Assembly: GCF_016432865.1 (NCBI RefSeq)
Contig: NC_067403.1
Location: 256,060,001-256,124,000 of the forward strand
Direction of reading: 5' to 3'
DNA length: 64,000 nt
Source of the DNA: Antechinus flavipes
Lineage: Eukaryota
Part shown: in pieces, positions 9,495 to 20,888 of the stretch
Layout: the number at the start of each line of letters is the position of its first letter
Position numbering within the stretch: the first letter of the stretch is position 1
Notes under the pieces: model-generated
The model's database searches: none
What the model was told of the DNA's origin: nothing
The model's input: only the letters and a program-made list of their open reading frames with translations
Position numbers and translations under genes: made by a program

Positions 9495-10930
9495 AAAAAT
9501 ACTGCCTGCCATCTAGGAGAGGGGGTGGGCAGAAGGAGGGGAAAAGTGGGAACCGAAGGTTTTGCAAGGGCCAATGTTGAAAAATTTTTGTAAATAAAAA
9601 GCTATAATAATAAAACAAGAAAAGAAAATGATGTTTAATAGCTTTTATTAATTATTAATAAGTTTATTATTCTTCTGCAGTCAAATTGTTTGCCTTCAAG
9701 AAGGGCATTAAATTACACACTTCCCAAAAGAATGTATTTCTTCTCCTTTATCTTTTATCCTTTTCTACCCTTTAATGGGTGTTTGTTACCTCATAGTTGT
9801 TCTTGGTTGAGATTTCCTCAAATTTCTTACCTTTTTTCTTTTCTTTTCTAAATTTTAATTTATGGAATAAAGCAAGCATTTGCATATCATACAATTAAAA
9901 ATATGATTGGATATAAAACTGCAAACAATTTCTTACCTTTTAAAAAAAAGCCCAGGCTGCAACTATCACATTGGATAATAGGATAAAAAAAATTATAAAT
10001 GTTAGAGATGTGGGGAAAAAGTCACACTAATAATTAACCATTGGTAGAATTCTGGATCCAGCATTCTGGAGAGCAATTTGGAACTGTGGCTAAAAGGTTA
10101 TAAAACTGTATGTATGCCATTCTCCCTGTGCAACAAGAAAACCGATCGGTTCTGCACACATATATTGTATCTAGGATATACTGTAACCTATTCAACATGT
10201 AAAGGACTGCTTGCCATCTTTGGGAGGGGGTGGAGGGGGGGAGGGGAAAAATCAGAACAGAAGTGAGTGCAAGGGATAATGCTGTAAAAAATTACCCTGG
10301 CCTGGGTTCTGTCAATAAAAAGTTATTAAAAAAAAAACACTGTACGTATGCCACTGCTAAGCCCGTATCCCAAAGAGATAAAACAAAAAGGAAAAGGATC
10401 TATTTTTACAAAAATATTCATCGCGGCTCTTTTTGTGGTAGCCAAGAATTAAACAGGAGGATGTCCATGTCTTGAGGAATGGCAGAATAAGATGTACCAC
10501 ACGAATGGGATAGAAATATAAGAAATGAGCAGCAGGATGATTTCAGAAAAATCTGGAAAGACTTACCCGAACTGACGCAAAGTGAAGTGAACAGGATCAG
10601 AACATGGTACATAGTGAGAGCGACACTGGCGATGAAGAATTGTGAGACTTAGTAATACAATGATCAAGACAATCTCAAAGGCTTCATGATGAAAACTGCC
10701 TCCATCTCCAGAGAAAGAACTAATGTCTGAATACAGACTGAATTCATACTCTTTTTTTGTTGTTCAAATATGAAATGAATAATACGATAGTGTTTTTTGT
10801 GATTGTACACATATAACCTCTATGTGATTGCTTACCATCTCAGGGAAGGGAGAGGGGTGAGAGCGAGAGAAGGTTAGAATTTAGAAATTAAAACTTTAAA
10901 ACAAATGTTGAAAATTATTTAAACATGAAA
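9495..10930 (+). mobile_element. Cluster of degraded L1 fragments (ORF2 C-terminus and 3' UTR ends)
   Basis: L1 3' end at ~9495-9625 (CTGCCATCTAGG...GGTTTTGCAAGGG...AATAAAAAGCTATAAT). ORF2 C-terminal remnants at ~10040-10110 (CATTCTGGAGAGCAATTTGGAACT) and ~10350-10760. Confidence 0.7.
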
Positions 10931-11324
10931 TTGGAGGAAAAAAGTTTAAGTTCTTGCTATAAACTTGATGTGAGCCGGGAATTTCTCAGGATCTTTCTGA
11001 ACCGCAGATCCCTCCCCTTCCTCCTCCAATCTTCCTCAGGCCAGACTGGAGACTGAGGCTGGCCAAGTATGAACAGCACACTGTCTACATTCAGGAAAAG
11101 AGTCAAAACCAAGATGTAGGGGAGAAAGCATAGCTCACTCATTCCCAGAAAAGTCCGCAATGCAGCAGGAAAACTTTCCTCTCCCCCACGGCTACGGTCC
11201 CTTACTGTGTTAATGCACCCTTTCAAGCAGGGATGATTTTGCTTTTGTTTGTATCCCCAGAACTCAAAACAAAATTTGGCACAGCATAAGTGGCTTTTTT
11301 CCCATTTATTATTATTATCATTAT

Positions 11325-13090
11325 TATTATTATTATTGAAGCTTTTTATTTACAAAATATATGCATGGATAATTTTTCAACACTGACCCTTGCAAAACAT
11401 TCGGTTCCAAATTTTCCCCTCCTTCTAGATGCCAGGTAATCCAATACATGTTAAATATGTTAAAATATAACAATATACTTTTTATGACTGTTTTTCTATT
11501 TACTCATTCACAAGTATGAATGCTACATGTGGACAAACTGACGCCAGTTGTGGCTGATTATGGAAAATCCTCTTTGGAAGGATTGGATTGACTGAATGTA
11601 AGCTCCAAAAGGGGGAGGAAAAAAAAATTATTCTCTTAAGATCCTTTGAAAAGAAAGGTGAAAAGTGAGTCATTTGAAACTTAAAAAACAACCAACCCAT
11701 GTTTTTCAAATCACAAACTCAAGTAAATGTCACTCACTCCATGGAAATAAAAGACCATTAGTTTTTTTTCAGTTGTACAAAACATTTCCATGTGAGTCAT
11801 GTTCTAAAAGAAAAACCAGAACTCTCCAAGAATAATAAAGAAAGTAAACAATATTCCGCTTTAATCGACATTCCGATTCCATCAGTTCTTTTTCTGGAGG
11901 TGGAGAACATTTTTCATCATGAATCCTTTGGAATCATCTTGGATCAGCTTTGCTCAGAATAGCTAAACCATTTTCAGTTGATCATCCTCTGGTATAGCTC
12001 TTATTGCGTACAATGTTCTTCTAACTCTGCTCACTTCATTTACCTCAAATGTTCCTGTGAGTCTCCCCAGGTTTTTTGGAAAGCATCCTACTTATCATTT
12101 CTTGTAGCATAATATTTCATCACACTCATATTTCTGAATGGATGGGTACCCCTTCAACTTCCGATTTTTTGCCACCACAGAAAGAGTTACTATTAATATT
12201 TTTCCACATGAAGGTCCTCTCCCCCTTTTTTTTAATGCTCTCTTTGGGATGCAGACTTAGTAATGGTACTATGGGGTTAAAAATTAAGCGCACAGTTCTA
12301 TAGTTTCGTGCACGATTAGATCAGTTCACAACTCACCTCATAAGCATTTACATTTCAATTTTTCCACATCTCTTCCAACATTTGTTATTTTCCTTTTATA
12401 TTAGCCTGATGGGTGTGAGGTGGTACCTCAAAGTTCTTTGAATCAATAGTGTTCTAATCAATAATGATTTAGAACAGAGGTCCTCAAACTTTTTAAATAG
12501 GGGACCAGTTCACTGTCCCTCAGACTGTTGGAGGGCCGGACTATAGTAAAAACAAAAACTTTGTTTTGTGGGCCTTTAAATAAAGAAACTTCCTAGCCCT
12601 GGGGGAGGGGGATAAACGTCCTCAGCTGCCTCATCTGGCTCACGGGGCCATAGTTTGAGGACCCCTGATTTAGAACTTTTGATATAGATAATTTAATTTC
12701 CTCTTCTGAAAACTGCCTGTTCATATCCTTTGATTGTTTATCAGTTGGAGAATCACTCATATTCTTAATACATTTTATATGTCGTTTCCCCAGTTGATTT
12801 GATATTTGATAAATGAGGCCTTCATCAGAGAAATGTGCTGTAAAATTGGTTTCCTCGTTCCCTCCTTTCCTTCGAATGTGGGCTGCATTGATTTTATTTG
12901 TGTAAAACCTTTTCAATTTCACGGAATCAAAGTTATCCATTTTATATCCTATGATGTTCTTTATCCCTTGTTTGGTCTCAAAGTCTTCCCTTATCCATGA
13001 ATCTGGCAAATAAAATATTCCACACTCCCCTAACTTGTTTATGATATCAACCATTATGTCCCCATTTTGACTTTATCTCTGCATATGGTG
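11325..13090 (-). mobile_element. L1 fragment(s), 3' ORF2 and 3' UTR, interrupted by an OC1 MITE
   Basis: The minus-strand translation KMDNFDSVKLKRFYTNKINAAHIRRK...SDEGLI...SKDMNRQFSEEEIK resembles the L1 ORF2 C-terminal region. An inverted L1 3' end lies at ~11325-11470. Confidence 0.85.
12475..12667 (-). mobile_element. Non-autonomous hAT DNA transposon (MITE), OposCharlie1/OC1-like, 193 bp
   Basis: 16-bp TIRs CAGAGGTCCTCAAACT and AGTTTGAGGACCCCTG (one mismatch). Perfect 8-bp target-site duplication ATTTAGAA at 12467-74 and 12668-75. The TIR matches the OC1 terminus as I recall it. Confidence 0.85.
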
Positions 13091-14589
13091 TGAGATGGTT
13101 TTGTTTTGTCTTAATATAAAAACACGCCCTTTTATTATCAGGACGTCAGAGGCCATCTGTTCCAATGCCATTGTTTTACCACAGAGGGAAACAGATTTTA
13201 AATTATAATCCTCACTGACTTGATTTATTGCTTTGGTTTAAGAGACCAACCCTGTGAGCACCAAATGTTTGCTGAATTCTATGAGGATTGGATACTGACC
13301 ATAGAACCGGCCTCCCTGGGGGGAACATAGTCTGGGCCTTTGCTCAGGGCCTTCAATACCAGTGGCTCCTGCTTGGTGCCTGGGAGGAGGACTGGGGAGC
13401 TGGGGATGGGCCAGGAGGCCTGGTGAGTCAGCTGTGAGGAGGATGAGAGAGGTCAGTTCTTTGCTGGGAAAGAGGAAATTCCAGCCCCTCTTTCAGCCAG
13501 GGGAAGAAGAATTCCTCCTCCTTCCTCTCAGCAATGATGGCAGCCAAATGTAGCAGCAGCAAGTTGGGTTTGCCCAAAGCTCGAGTTCAGTGGGCTTGGT
13601 CGAGTCTGGCTGCCTGGTCTGTGTTTCCCTTCCAATTTGGGGGGGGCCCGACATTAATCTCTAGATGGAGACGTCCTGCCCTGGTGATAAATCAGAGCTG
13701 GTGGTTTCTGGGTGTCGCCGGGAAGCAGGAGGTGATTCTTGGGGCTCTTCCAAGGAGGAAAGGGCAGCGCTGGAAGGAGACCGAGCCGTGCCCTGGTCTG
13801 CCGGGAGCCCGCAGCTTGAGTTGACCCAGACGGGGCAGGGACAGGGGGGAGTGAAACACCCGCTCTGCCGTCCTGTCGAGATCTTCGGTTTTTTGGCGTG
13901 AGCTGGAATCTTCGGAGTTTTAAGCATTCTAAAATCGTAGTTTATGTATTGCATTTCCATTGTTATGTATTTATCATAATAGATTATAAATTATAATCAT
14001 ACAATACAATAGATCACTTATTGTAATGTTATAAATTATAGACTTAATTCTTATGGTAATAGAGGAAATAAACAACTGTTTTCTACCTGCAGTCCACTCC
14101 TTTGTGCCCGGACATCTGATCCAGAAGGGACCCTGCCACCCCGCCTCAGCCTGCTGCAGTGGCTGCTGGGAGTCTGCCTCCCTCGGGTCTTTCCCCACTC
14201 CAATCAGGGAAAGAATTTTCCTAAAACACGAGTCTGACCGTGTGGTTCCCAGTGGCTCCCTATGGCCTCCAGGATCAAACACTTGGCCTTCAAAGCCCTT
14301 CCTAGCCTGGCCCTCTCCGACCTGCCCAGGCTCCCATCGCCTTACACCTGCCGTGTGTCCCCAGCCCCCTGCTGTTCCGTGAACAAGACCCTCCACCTCC
14401 CAGCTCTCCCTGCCTGCTTCCAGGCCTGAAAGGCTCTCCCTGCCTCCGCTCCCCACTCTCCCCGGCTCTCTAAGTTCCAGCAAAAATCCTTCTTCCAGGA
14501 AGGCTGTTCCAACCTCTCTCTTCATTCTAGTGTCTTTCTTTCTTAATTATTTCCTATTTATTCTGTGGATAGCTTATTTGTAGATTTGT

Positions 14590-14697
14590 CTCCCCCGTTA
14601 AATTGAAAACTCCTCGAGGCAAGGGCTCACTTTGGCCTCTTTCTGAATCTAAGGCCCTTAGCACAGTGCCTGGTACACAGTAGGTGCTTAATAAATG
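14590..14697 (+). mobile_element. L2 3' end fragment
   Basis: CTCCTCGAGGCAAGGG...CTTAGCACAGTGCCTGGTACACAGTAGGTGCTTAATAAATG is a typical L2 terminus. Similar pieces occur at ~37370-37510 and, inverted, at ~52093-52125. Confidence 0.75.
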
Positions 14698-15487
14698 GTG
14701 AGGGATTCTAGAAATGATAGGATATGGAGTTCACTGACTCAGAAAGTGAAGTCAAAGCTGTGTTTAATTGGGAGCCTTACTCAGTTTTCCCTCGTCCATC
14801 TTCCATCGGTGGGAACCCGAACAGAGCCCAACCTTTCCTCTCGGCTTTTGCGAGAGCCGCAGGTGTGTGGCTGGTTCGGGGCCTTCGTCCCCCTCGCCTT
14901 CCTGGAGGTCGGAAGGCAGAAAGGCGAAGGGGGCCTGAGATGCCAGGCGGCGGCTGCCCCCTCGGAGGGAGCCCCGTCCATCTCCTTTCCTTTTTTGACC
15001 TGTTTGGTCCACAACTCTCCGCTCCCGGCCACTTCGGGGTCATCCCCGGGCACCTCGTTCGAACCCTGCCCAGAGATCCAGGCTTTTGGGGTCCTCAGCC
15101 ACCCGGCCCCGGTCATTGAGACCCTTCCTTGTAAGACGGAGGCAATAAAAACATGCGGCCGCCTCCTCTGGAAGTTACAAGGGATTTTCTCAGAAATTTC
15201 AGGGGCCACTGTGCCTGTTAGAAGCCATTTCCTCCTCAAACCAAGAATGGAACGGGTGTAGACCTAATGATGGCAAGAATAATTCCTACCAGGCCCAGCC
15301 CATTATCCATAGCCTGAGGGAGGGGGAGAGTCAGCAGCAAAGTTAGGAAGTCACCCAGGGTTGGGCCCGGTTGGCATGGGCGCCCTAAGGCTGCCCTAAA
15401 GCCGCTGTGCCTCCTGGGAAGGCTTGGCAGGAGCCAAAATGTGGCTACTTGGGATCCGATTCAATGTTAGATGTAGAAAGGGGACTG

Positions 15488-15631
15488 GTGGCAGCTGGGG
15501 GGTGCAGTGGTTAGAGCACCAGCCCTGGAGTCAGGAGGACCTGAGTTCAAAATCCGACCTCAAGCATTTAACACTTTCTGACTGTGTGACCCTGGACAAG
15601 TCACTTAACCCCTATTGTCTCAGGAAAAAAA
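15488..15631 (+). mobile_element. Full-length WSINE1-like SINE
   Basis: A box CAGTGGTTAGAGC, B box GAGTTCAAAATCC, then GACCCTGGACAAGTCACTTAACCCC and an A-rich tail. Confidence 0.88.
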
Positions 15632-15784
15632 ACCCAAAACATAAAAGGGGGTTGCAGGATAGCAGCTGGGGGAGACGCAGCCATGCTTGACTCTTCATGA
15701 AGCCATCAGTTTTTTTTTTTTTTTTTTTAATGATTTAACTCCTTTTTAAATTGTCACCGAGTGGGGTGAAGAGGGCTGACAAAC

Positions 15785-15915
15785 AAACCAGCTGTTTAGG
15801 GGTTTTCTTGGTAGATACTGGAATGCTTTGGTCTTTCCTCATATTACAGGGGAGGAAACCGAGTCAAAGGGTCGAGCCATCCCAGGCCACACAGCTCTGC
15901 TCTCAGGAGGACGCC
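15785..15915 (-). mobile_element. MAR1-like CORE-SINE fragment
   Basis: GGGGTTTTCTTGGTAGATACTGGAATG...GAGGAAACCGAG...CCCAGGCCACACAGC. A longer copy of the same type is at ~49825-50055. Confidence 0.65.
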
Positions 15916-17023
15916 TTTTCCCGACTCCAGGCCTGGGGCGCTAACCACTGTGCACCGGGCCTTTCCCTGCACCCATTCACTGTTCCCTGTCCATTCCCGG
16001 GTTGATGGCCCTTGCTTCCTTCCTTGCTGGGCTTGGTTGGTTTGCCTGTTTTATTTCTGCTCTCACAGAGTCCGGCCTTTGCCTCCCTTTGCACCTGCCC
16101 AGTGGAAAGGACCCGAGTTAAAGAACGGGCTGTTTCATGACCTCTCTCACCTCATCCCAGGCGGATCTCTAAACGCTTGCTCCCATTGACCTCCCCACTG
16201 TGTCGGTCTCTGGCTCAGGGGGCCTAAACCTGGGGTCACCTTTGCCAAATTGTGGGGTGTCGAGTGAGTCCCTCGGTCGTTCCCCTCTCCGTTGCTCAAG
16301 GAGAGAATCTGGCACCCGGTCCTTCTCCACCTCCACCTCTGGACGTCAAAATACATCGGCCAGTGCCGGCCACCCCCACCCCCCCATCTCACTATTCCCA
16401 CAGCTTCCGATTCCGTGATTCGAACTCAGGACCGTTCCCTGATCACAGCTGCCTCCTCTGTCTCTCCTGAATCTACCTTCTATCCTCTGTCCTGTCTGTG
16501 AGTCCCTCGGTTCCCTCCCAGCCTCCATGTCCCTGCCCCCACCCCTCAATCCATCTCCATCTACTCCATCCTTGCTCCTGACCGCTCTCCGGCATCCTCC
16601 CGACAAGGAAAGCTCCAGAAGGTCCAGAACATACCTTTGAACTGGTCCCCCCTTCCTCCTCCTCCCTCAGACAGGCCGGGAGGGAGGGCCCGGCTTTAAC
16701 TTTGGACATTTCTTTGGCTTGCTGGGCTTGCTGGGGAGGATTCGGAAGTCACATGACTATCAAGAGTGAATTGTGGCCCCTTTTTCTTTAAAATTTTTTT
16801 ATCTTCAGTTATTATATATCATTATTAATATTATATATAATTATATATTATATTATTAGATATATAATATATCCATTATAGAGATGAAGAAAGGCAAATC
16901 CATTTCCACATTAGCTGTGCCGCTCTGCATATCCTGAAATGTTTCTGATTGCCAATGCTAGTTGGAGTCATTATTTAAAAATGTTTTTAGGAAAGAAAAA
17001 AAGTGAATTATTGCATCCAGTTA

Positions 17024-17284
17024 ATGGGAGTGGGTACTGTCTGAGGGAGGGAAGCCCTTGGGAGGGGTCTGGGGGGATGACGGGAGGGATGATGGGAGCG
17101 GGTACTGTCTGAAGGAGGGAAGCCCTTGGAATAGGGTCTGGGGGGATGACGGGAAAGATGATGGGAGGGGGTGCTATCTGAGAGAAGCCCTTGGGAAGGG
17201 TCTGGGGGGATGATGGGAGGGATGATGGGAGCGGGTATTGTCTGAGGAAAGGAAGCCTTTGGGAGGGGTCTGGGGGGGATGACA
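17024..17284. repeat. G-rich minisatellite, about 4 copies of a 64-69 bp unit
   Basis: Units start ATGGGAG at 17024, 17092, 17161 and 17225, each with GGGTACTGTCTGA...AAGCCCTTGG...GGGTCTGGGGGGATGA. Confidence 0.9.
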
Positions 17285-17807
17285 TCTGTAGTAACATGGG
17301 CTATAACACCACATTATATCTCTCAACCTCTGCTGACCCCAGGGCCAGAGTCATCACCAAGGGCAGGCTGGGAGCCAGCAGGAAGGGGTGAGAAAGGAGG
17401 GGTGTGGCTCTCCTCAGGAGGGGTGAATGTGAACACTGGGGAGCTTACCTCCTGTGGCCTGAGCCCTGAACGCGTGGCGCCGGCAGGGACAGTACCCAGC
17501 GGGCAGCGGCACAGAGGGCCCGCGCGATGATGGGCTCTCTAGCCACGGTCCTACGGGGACCCCCACTTGGAACTATTGCATAGAGACCAGACCTGTGTGT
17601 TTGGAGAGATAGAGAGAGGGCAAGTCCTAGAGAGACAGGCCCAAGCAGGAAGTCACCCTTGCCCTCAAAGGGCCTCCACTCCAGCGTGGAGGACATCAGA
17701 TGAAAGGGAGCTGAAAACCAGGGGCCGGGGATCCAGGAGTAGGGGGAGGTACGGGCGGGGCCAAGTCTGAAGGAAGCACGGCTGGTCCCAGCACTTCCTC
17801 AAATAGA

Positions 17808-19050
17808 GTTTTGTTGGTTTTGGTTCCTTGCTCTCTCAGTGGGCCCTAATGACATCACCACGTGGAGGTCAAGGTTCAGCGTGTGGCTGTGGCCGGTCAG
17901 AACAACCTGACTCGAAGGCGCCACCACAGGTCGGGCCCAACGTCCCGTGGACATCTGGATATCTTGCATTTTTCTGAGTTTTGTTTGGAGCGGCCCCTTC
18001 TCCCCTGGACGCTCCCGGGCCGGTGTCTCCCCTTGATGGATGACAAAGTTCTCCCGAGAATGTCCTTGTTTCTCTTCTCCTGCCCTTAGTGATGGCACCC
18101 GTCGCATGAGAGTTCCCCGTAAAATAGTCTTTTAGGCAAACGTTGGTTGGACATTGGAACAACCCGTGGAGTTTGGCTCCCTCCTGGGCAGCTCAGCTGG
18201 AGAAAGGCCCCAGTGTCTGGTACCTCCCGTTGCCGGGGGATCTTCAGCCTCTTCCTGAGACAATTCACATGGAAGCCACCGAGGCTCCTGGTGCGGCGCG
18301 GGTAGGATGTCCAGCTTTTAACAAGGTCAGCAGAGCGGCTCTGGAGCCTTCGGTTTGGGGGTCAGTCTAATTCCTCTTCTTCCTCCCACTTTCCTTCGGA
18401 GCCTCCCAATCCGGCAGCACGTGGATCAATCTGACGATCATGTGGCCCTATGTGGAAGTGCACTGCCGAGGCAAGGGGACCTGTCCCCAGCATTTAACGT
18501 TTCTGCTTTGCCAAAAGCAAAAGATGGTTTCTCTATGGAGCGCCGCTGGCCCGGGCAGAACCCGTTTTCTTGATGTTCGTTGTCGGGTCCGAATGAGCTC
18601 GAGCAGAACAGAGCCGGGCCACGCTCCTCTGAATTCCTGCTTCAGAGGCTGCGTCGAGCCCCGATCACCGAAGTCCCGCACCGTCACTCCCTCCGCTGTC
18701 ATCTCGGCCCACCGCCTTTTTAACTCAAATAACCCACCTCAGCGGGGCGGCGTCTGCCCTCATCCAGGACGTCTGGCGATCTTGCCCAAAGCATCCGCGT
18801 GGGAGTGAGCGCCCGTCCTCGGTGACTGGGAAAGCTCGAGGGATTGCCTGCTGAGCGGAACCTGGAAGGCGCCCCAAAAGGGAAGATTGTGGATGAAAGC
18901 TCCCGGTAGGAACGTTATGGGTCCGGGCGAACCTTCAGCGTGGGTCATCCCCGGTGGTCACCGAGCAGAGTCCTTACGTTTTCCACAGTCGGTTTCCTTT
19001 AGTTTGGCTCATGGGGGTAAGCGGGCTATCTCGAGGCTCACGACTGCGGG
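17808..19050 (-). mobile_element. Degenerate RTE-clade LINE (RT C-terminal region and 3' end)
   Basis: Minus-strand pieces FHVNCLRKRLK and RLPKRLFYGEL match RTE ORF motifs. The RTE-type 3' end reads GTGATGTCATT...GAAGG/AACC followed by a (CAA)-like tail. An RTE-related SINE tail adjoins at ~19080-19190. Confidence 0.8.
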
Positions 19051-19191
19051 CCCGGAGAGCATCCGACATCTGGCCCCTTTGCTGTCGTTTGCCCTTTAGA
19101 TCGGAAGGGGACCGGCGTCATCACGGGTGAGGAATTGCCTGCTGTGAACTAGATTGCACAAAGTCATCAGCCTGCCGCTCTCTTCCAGAGT

Positions 19192-19340
19192 TGTTTTGTT
19201 TTTTGCTGAGGCAATTGGACTTAAGTGACTTGCCCAAGGTCACACAGCCAGGAAATATTAAGTGTCTGAGGCTGGATTTGAACTCAGCTCTTCCTGATGT
19301 CAGGGCCGGTGCTTTAAGCACTGTGCCAGCCAGCTGCCCC
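19192..19340 (-). mobile_element. WSINE1-like SINE inserted into the RTE-related SINE
   Basis: Complete SINE consensus, flanked by CTCTTCCAGAGT and CTCTTCTAGAGT (probable TSD, one mismatch). Confidence 0.85.
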
Positions 19341-20333
19341 TCTTCTAGAGTCACTGAAGTCCAGTGGCAAGAAAGAAGTCAGGGTGGCAACAATGGCCCG
19401 GGAGGCAGCGGACGGCCTTGGCGTCTCCCATGTCTGAGCAAGCTCAAAGGCACCTTTGGAGAGTGTCAGAAATTGGCTGCCCACGGTCGTTACCTTTGGG
19501 GAGAAGGGAACCGAGTCCGGGACAGCCAGGGCCGAGTGATCCCTCCCGTTCTCTGAGGGCCTCGGGCCGGAACTGGGGGTCTGCTCCCCTAAGAGTCTGG
19601 GCTTCGAAGGCCCCTCCCTCAATAGTTCCCCAGGGAACGGTAGCCCTGCCTTTTGCTTCACCAGCTTAGCCCCGGCCCAAGAAACACGTCACAGCCAGGG
19701 AATAGGAAGCAAGTCCGGTTAGCCAAGCAAAACGGCCGCTGTGAGGCTTGCCCCGCGTCCCCTCCGAGGGGACCCTTTTCTCTTAGTGGCCCCTGGGTGC
19801 ATCTCTCCCACTCTAAATAACGGCCAGCGTTTATATGGGACCTACTATGTGCCGGGCACTGTCCCGCGTATTTCCATATATTATCTCATCTGATCCTGAA
19901 GAAACTGAGGCACATAAGAGGGCGAGTAAGTGTCTGAGTCTGGTTTTGAATGGCGGTCCTCCCAACTTCAGCCCTAGTGCTCCAACCACTGGGAAGCTGC
20001 CTCCATGACTAGTGCTAGTCCCTGGGCCTTCATTCCATTAGTCGCTTAGCATCCATTTTTTCCCCTTTTTATATGAAGCGTCATTTATTTGTTTATTTAT
20101 TGTCAGAAATGCATTTCATGAAAGCAAAGAAATATATAGAAGACGACATGTTTAAAAGGTTAAATAAAAAGTAAGTAAAATATATAAGACAAAATGAACA
20201 TAGATAACAAAACAAATAAAAAAGAAAGCAAATTACTTGTTTGCTCTTCTCATCTCTTTCTTGCTTTCTCTTATTATCCTCCTGAACTAAATGGATTAAC
20301 TCAAGTGATGCTTATTGAAGCTTTTTATTTTCA

Positions 20334-20491
20334 TTGATTTTGTTTTTTTTTTTTTTGCTGAGGCAATTGGGGTTAAGTGACTTGCCCAGGGCCACACAGC
20401 TAGGAAGTGTTAAGTGACTGAGGTCAGATTTGAACTCAGATCTCCTGACTTCAGGGCTGGTGCTCTAGTCACTGCACCACCCAGCTGCCCC
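20334..20491 (-). mobile_element. WSINE1-like SINE with a 16-bp TSD, inserted in an L1 3' tail
   Basis: AAGCTTTTTATTTTCA at 20318-33 and 20493-508 flanks the SINE and its poly(T) tail. L1 3' sequence continues to ~20610. Confidence 0.88.
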
Positions 20492-20816
20492 AAAGCTTTT
20501 TATTTTCAAAACACATGGGTAGATAATTTTTCAACTTGGATTCTTGCAAAACCTTGTGTTCTAATTTTCCCTCCTTGCCCCCACCCCTCCCCTAGATTAG
20601 CATCAATTATAAAAGGATATTCACACACACCACCCCTCCCCCCGCACACACACACACACACACACACATACAGGCAGACGTGCATCCACAAGAAATGCTT
20701 CCCCTTCCCATGTGGTCAGCAGAGCCGACCAAGTCCCAGGCTATCCAGGCCCAGATCTCCAGTCTAACACCCTCCAGATGCTTCGGCACAGGCTTTCCAC
20801 GGGGGCGCCGAATGAG

Positions 20817-20888
20817 GTGCTCCCCGTAGGGGCCGTGCTCCCCAAAGGCACCGTGCTCCCCGTAGGGACTGTGCTCCCTGCAGGGGCC
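20817..20888. repeat. 18-bp tandem repeat, 4 copies
   Basis: GTGCTCCCCGTAGGGGCC / GTGCTCCCCAAAGGCACC / GTGCTCCCCGTAGGGACT / GTGCTCCCTGCAGGGGCC. Confidence 0.9.

Noticed and set aside
6618-20491. Several tRNA-like A/B-box elements
   Set aside because: They are heads of tRNA-derived SINEs with CORE and tail sequence, not tRNA genes.
17024-20888. Tandem repeats as CRISPR-like arrays
   Set aside because: The units are directly adjacent with no unique spacers, the genome is eukaryotic, and there are no cas genes.
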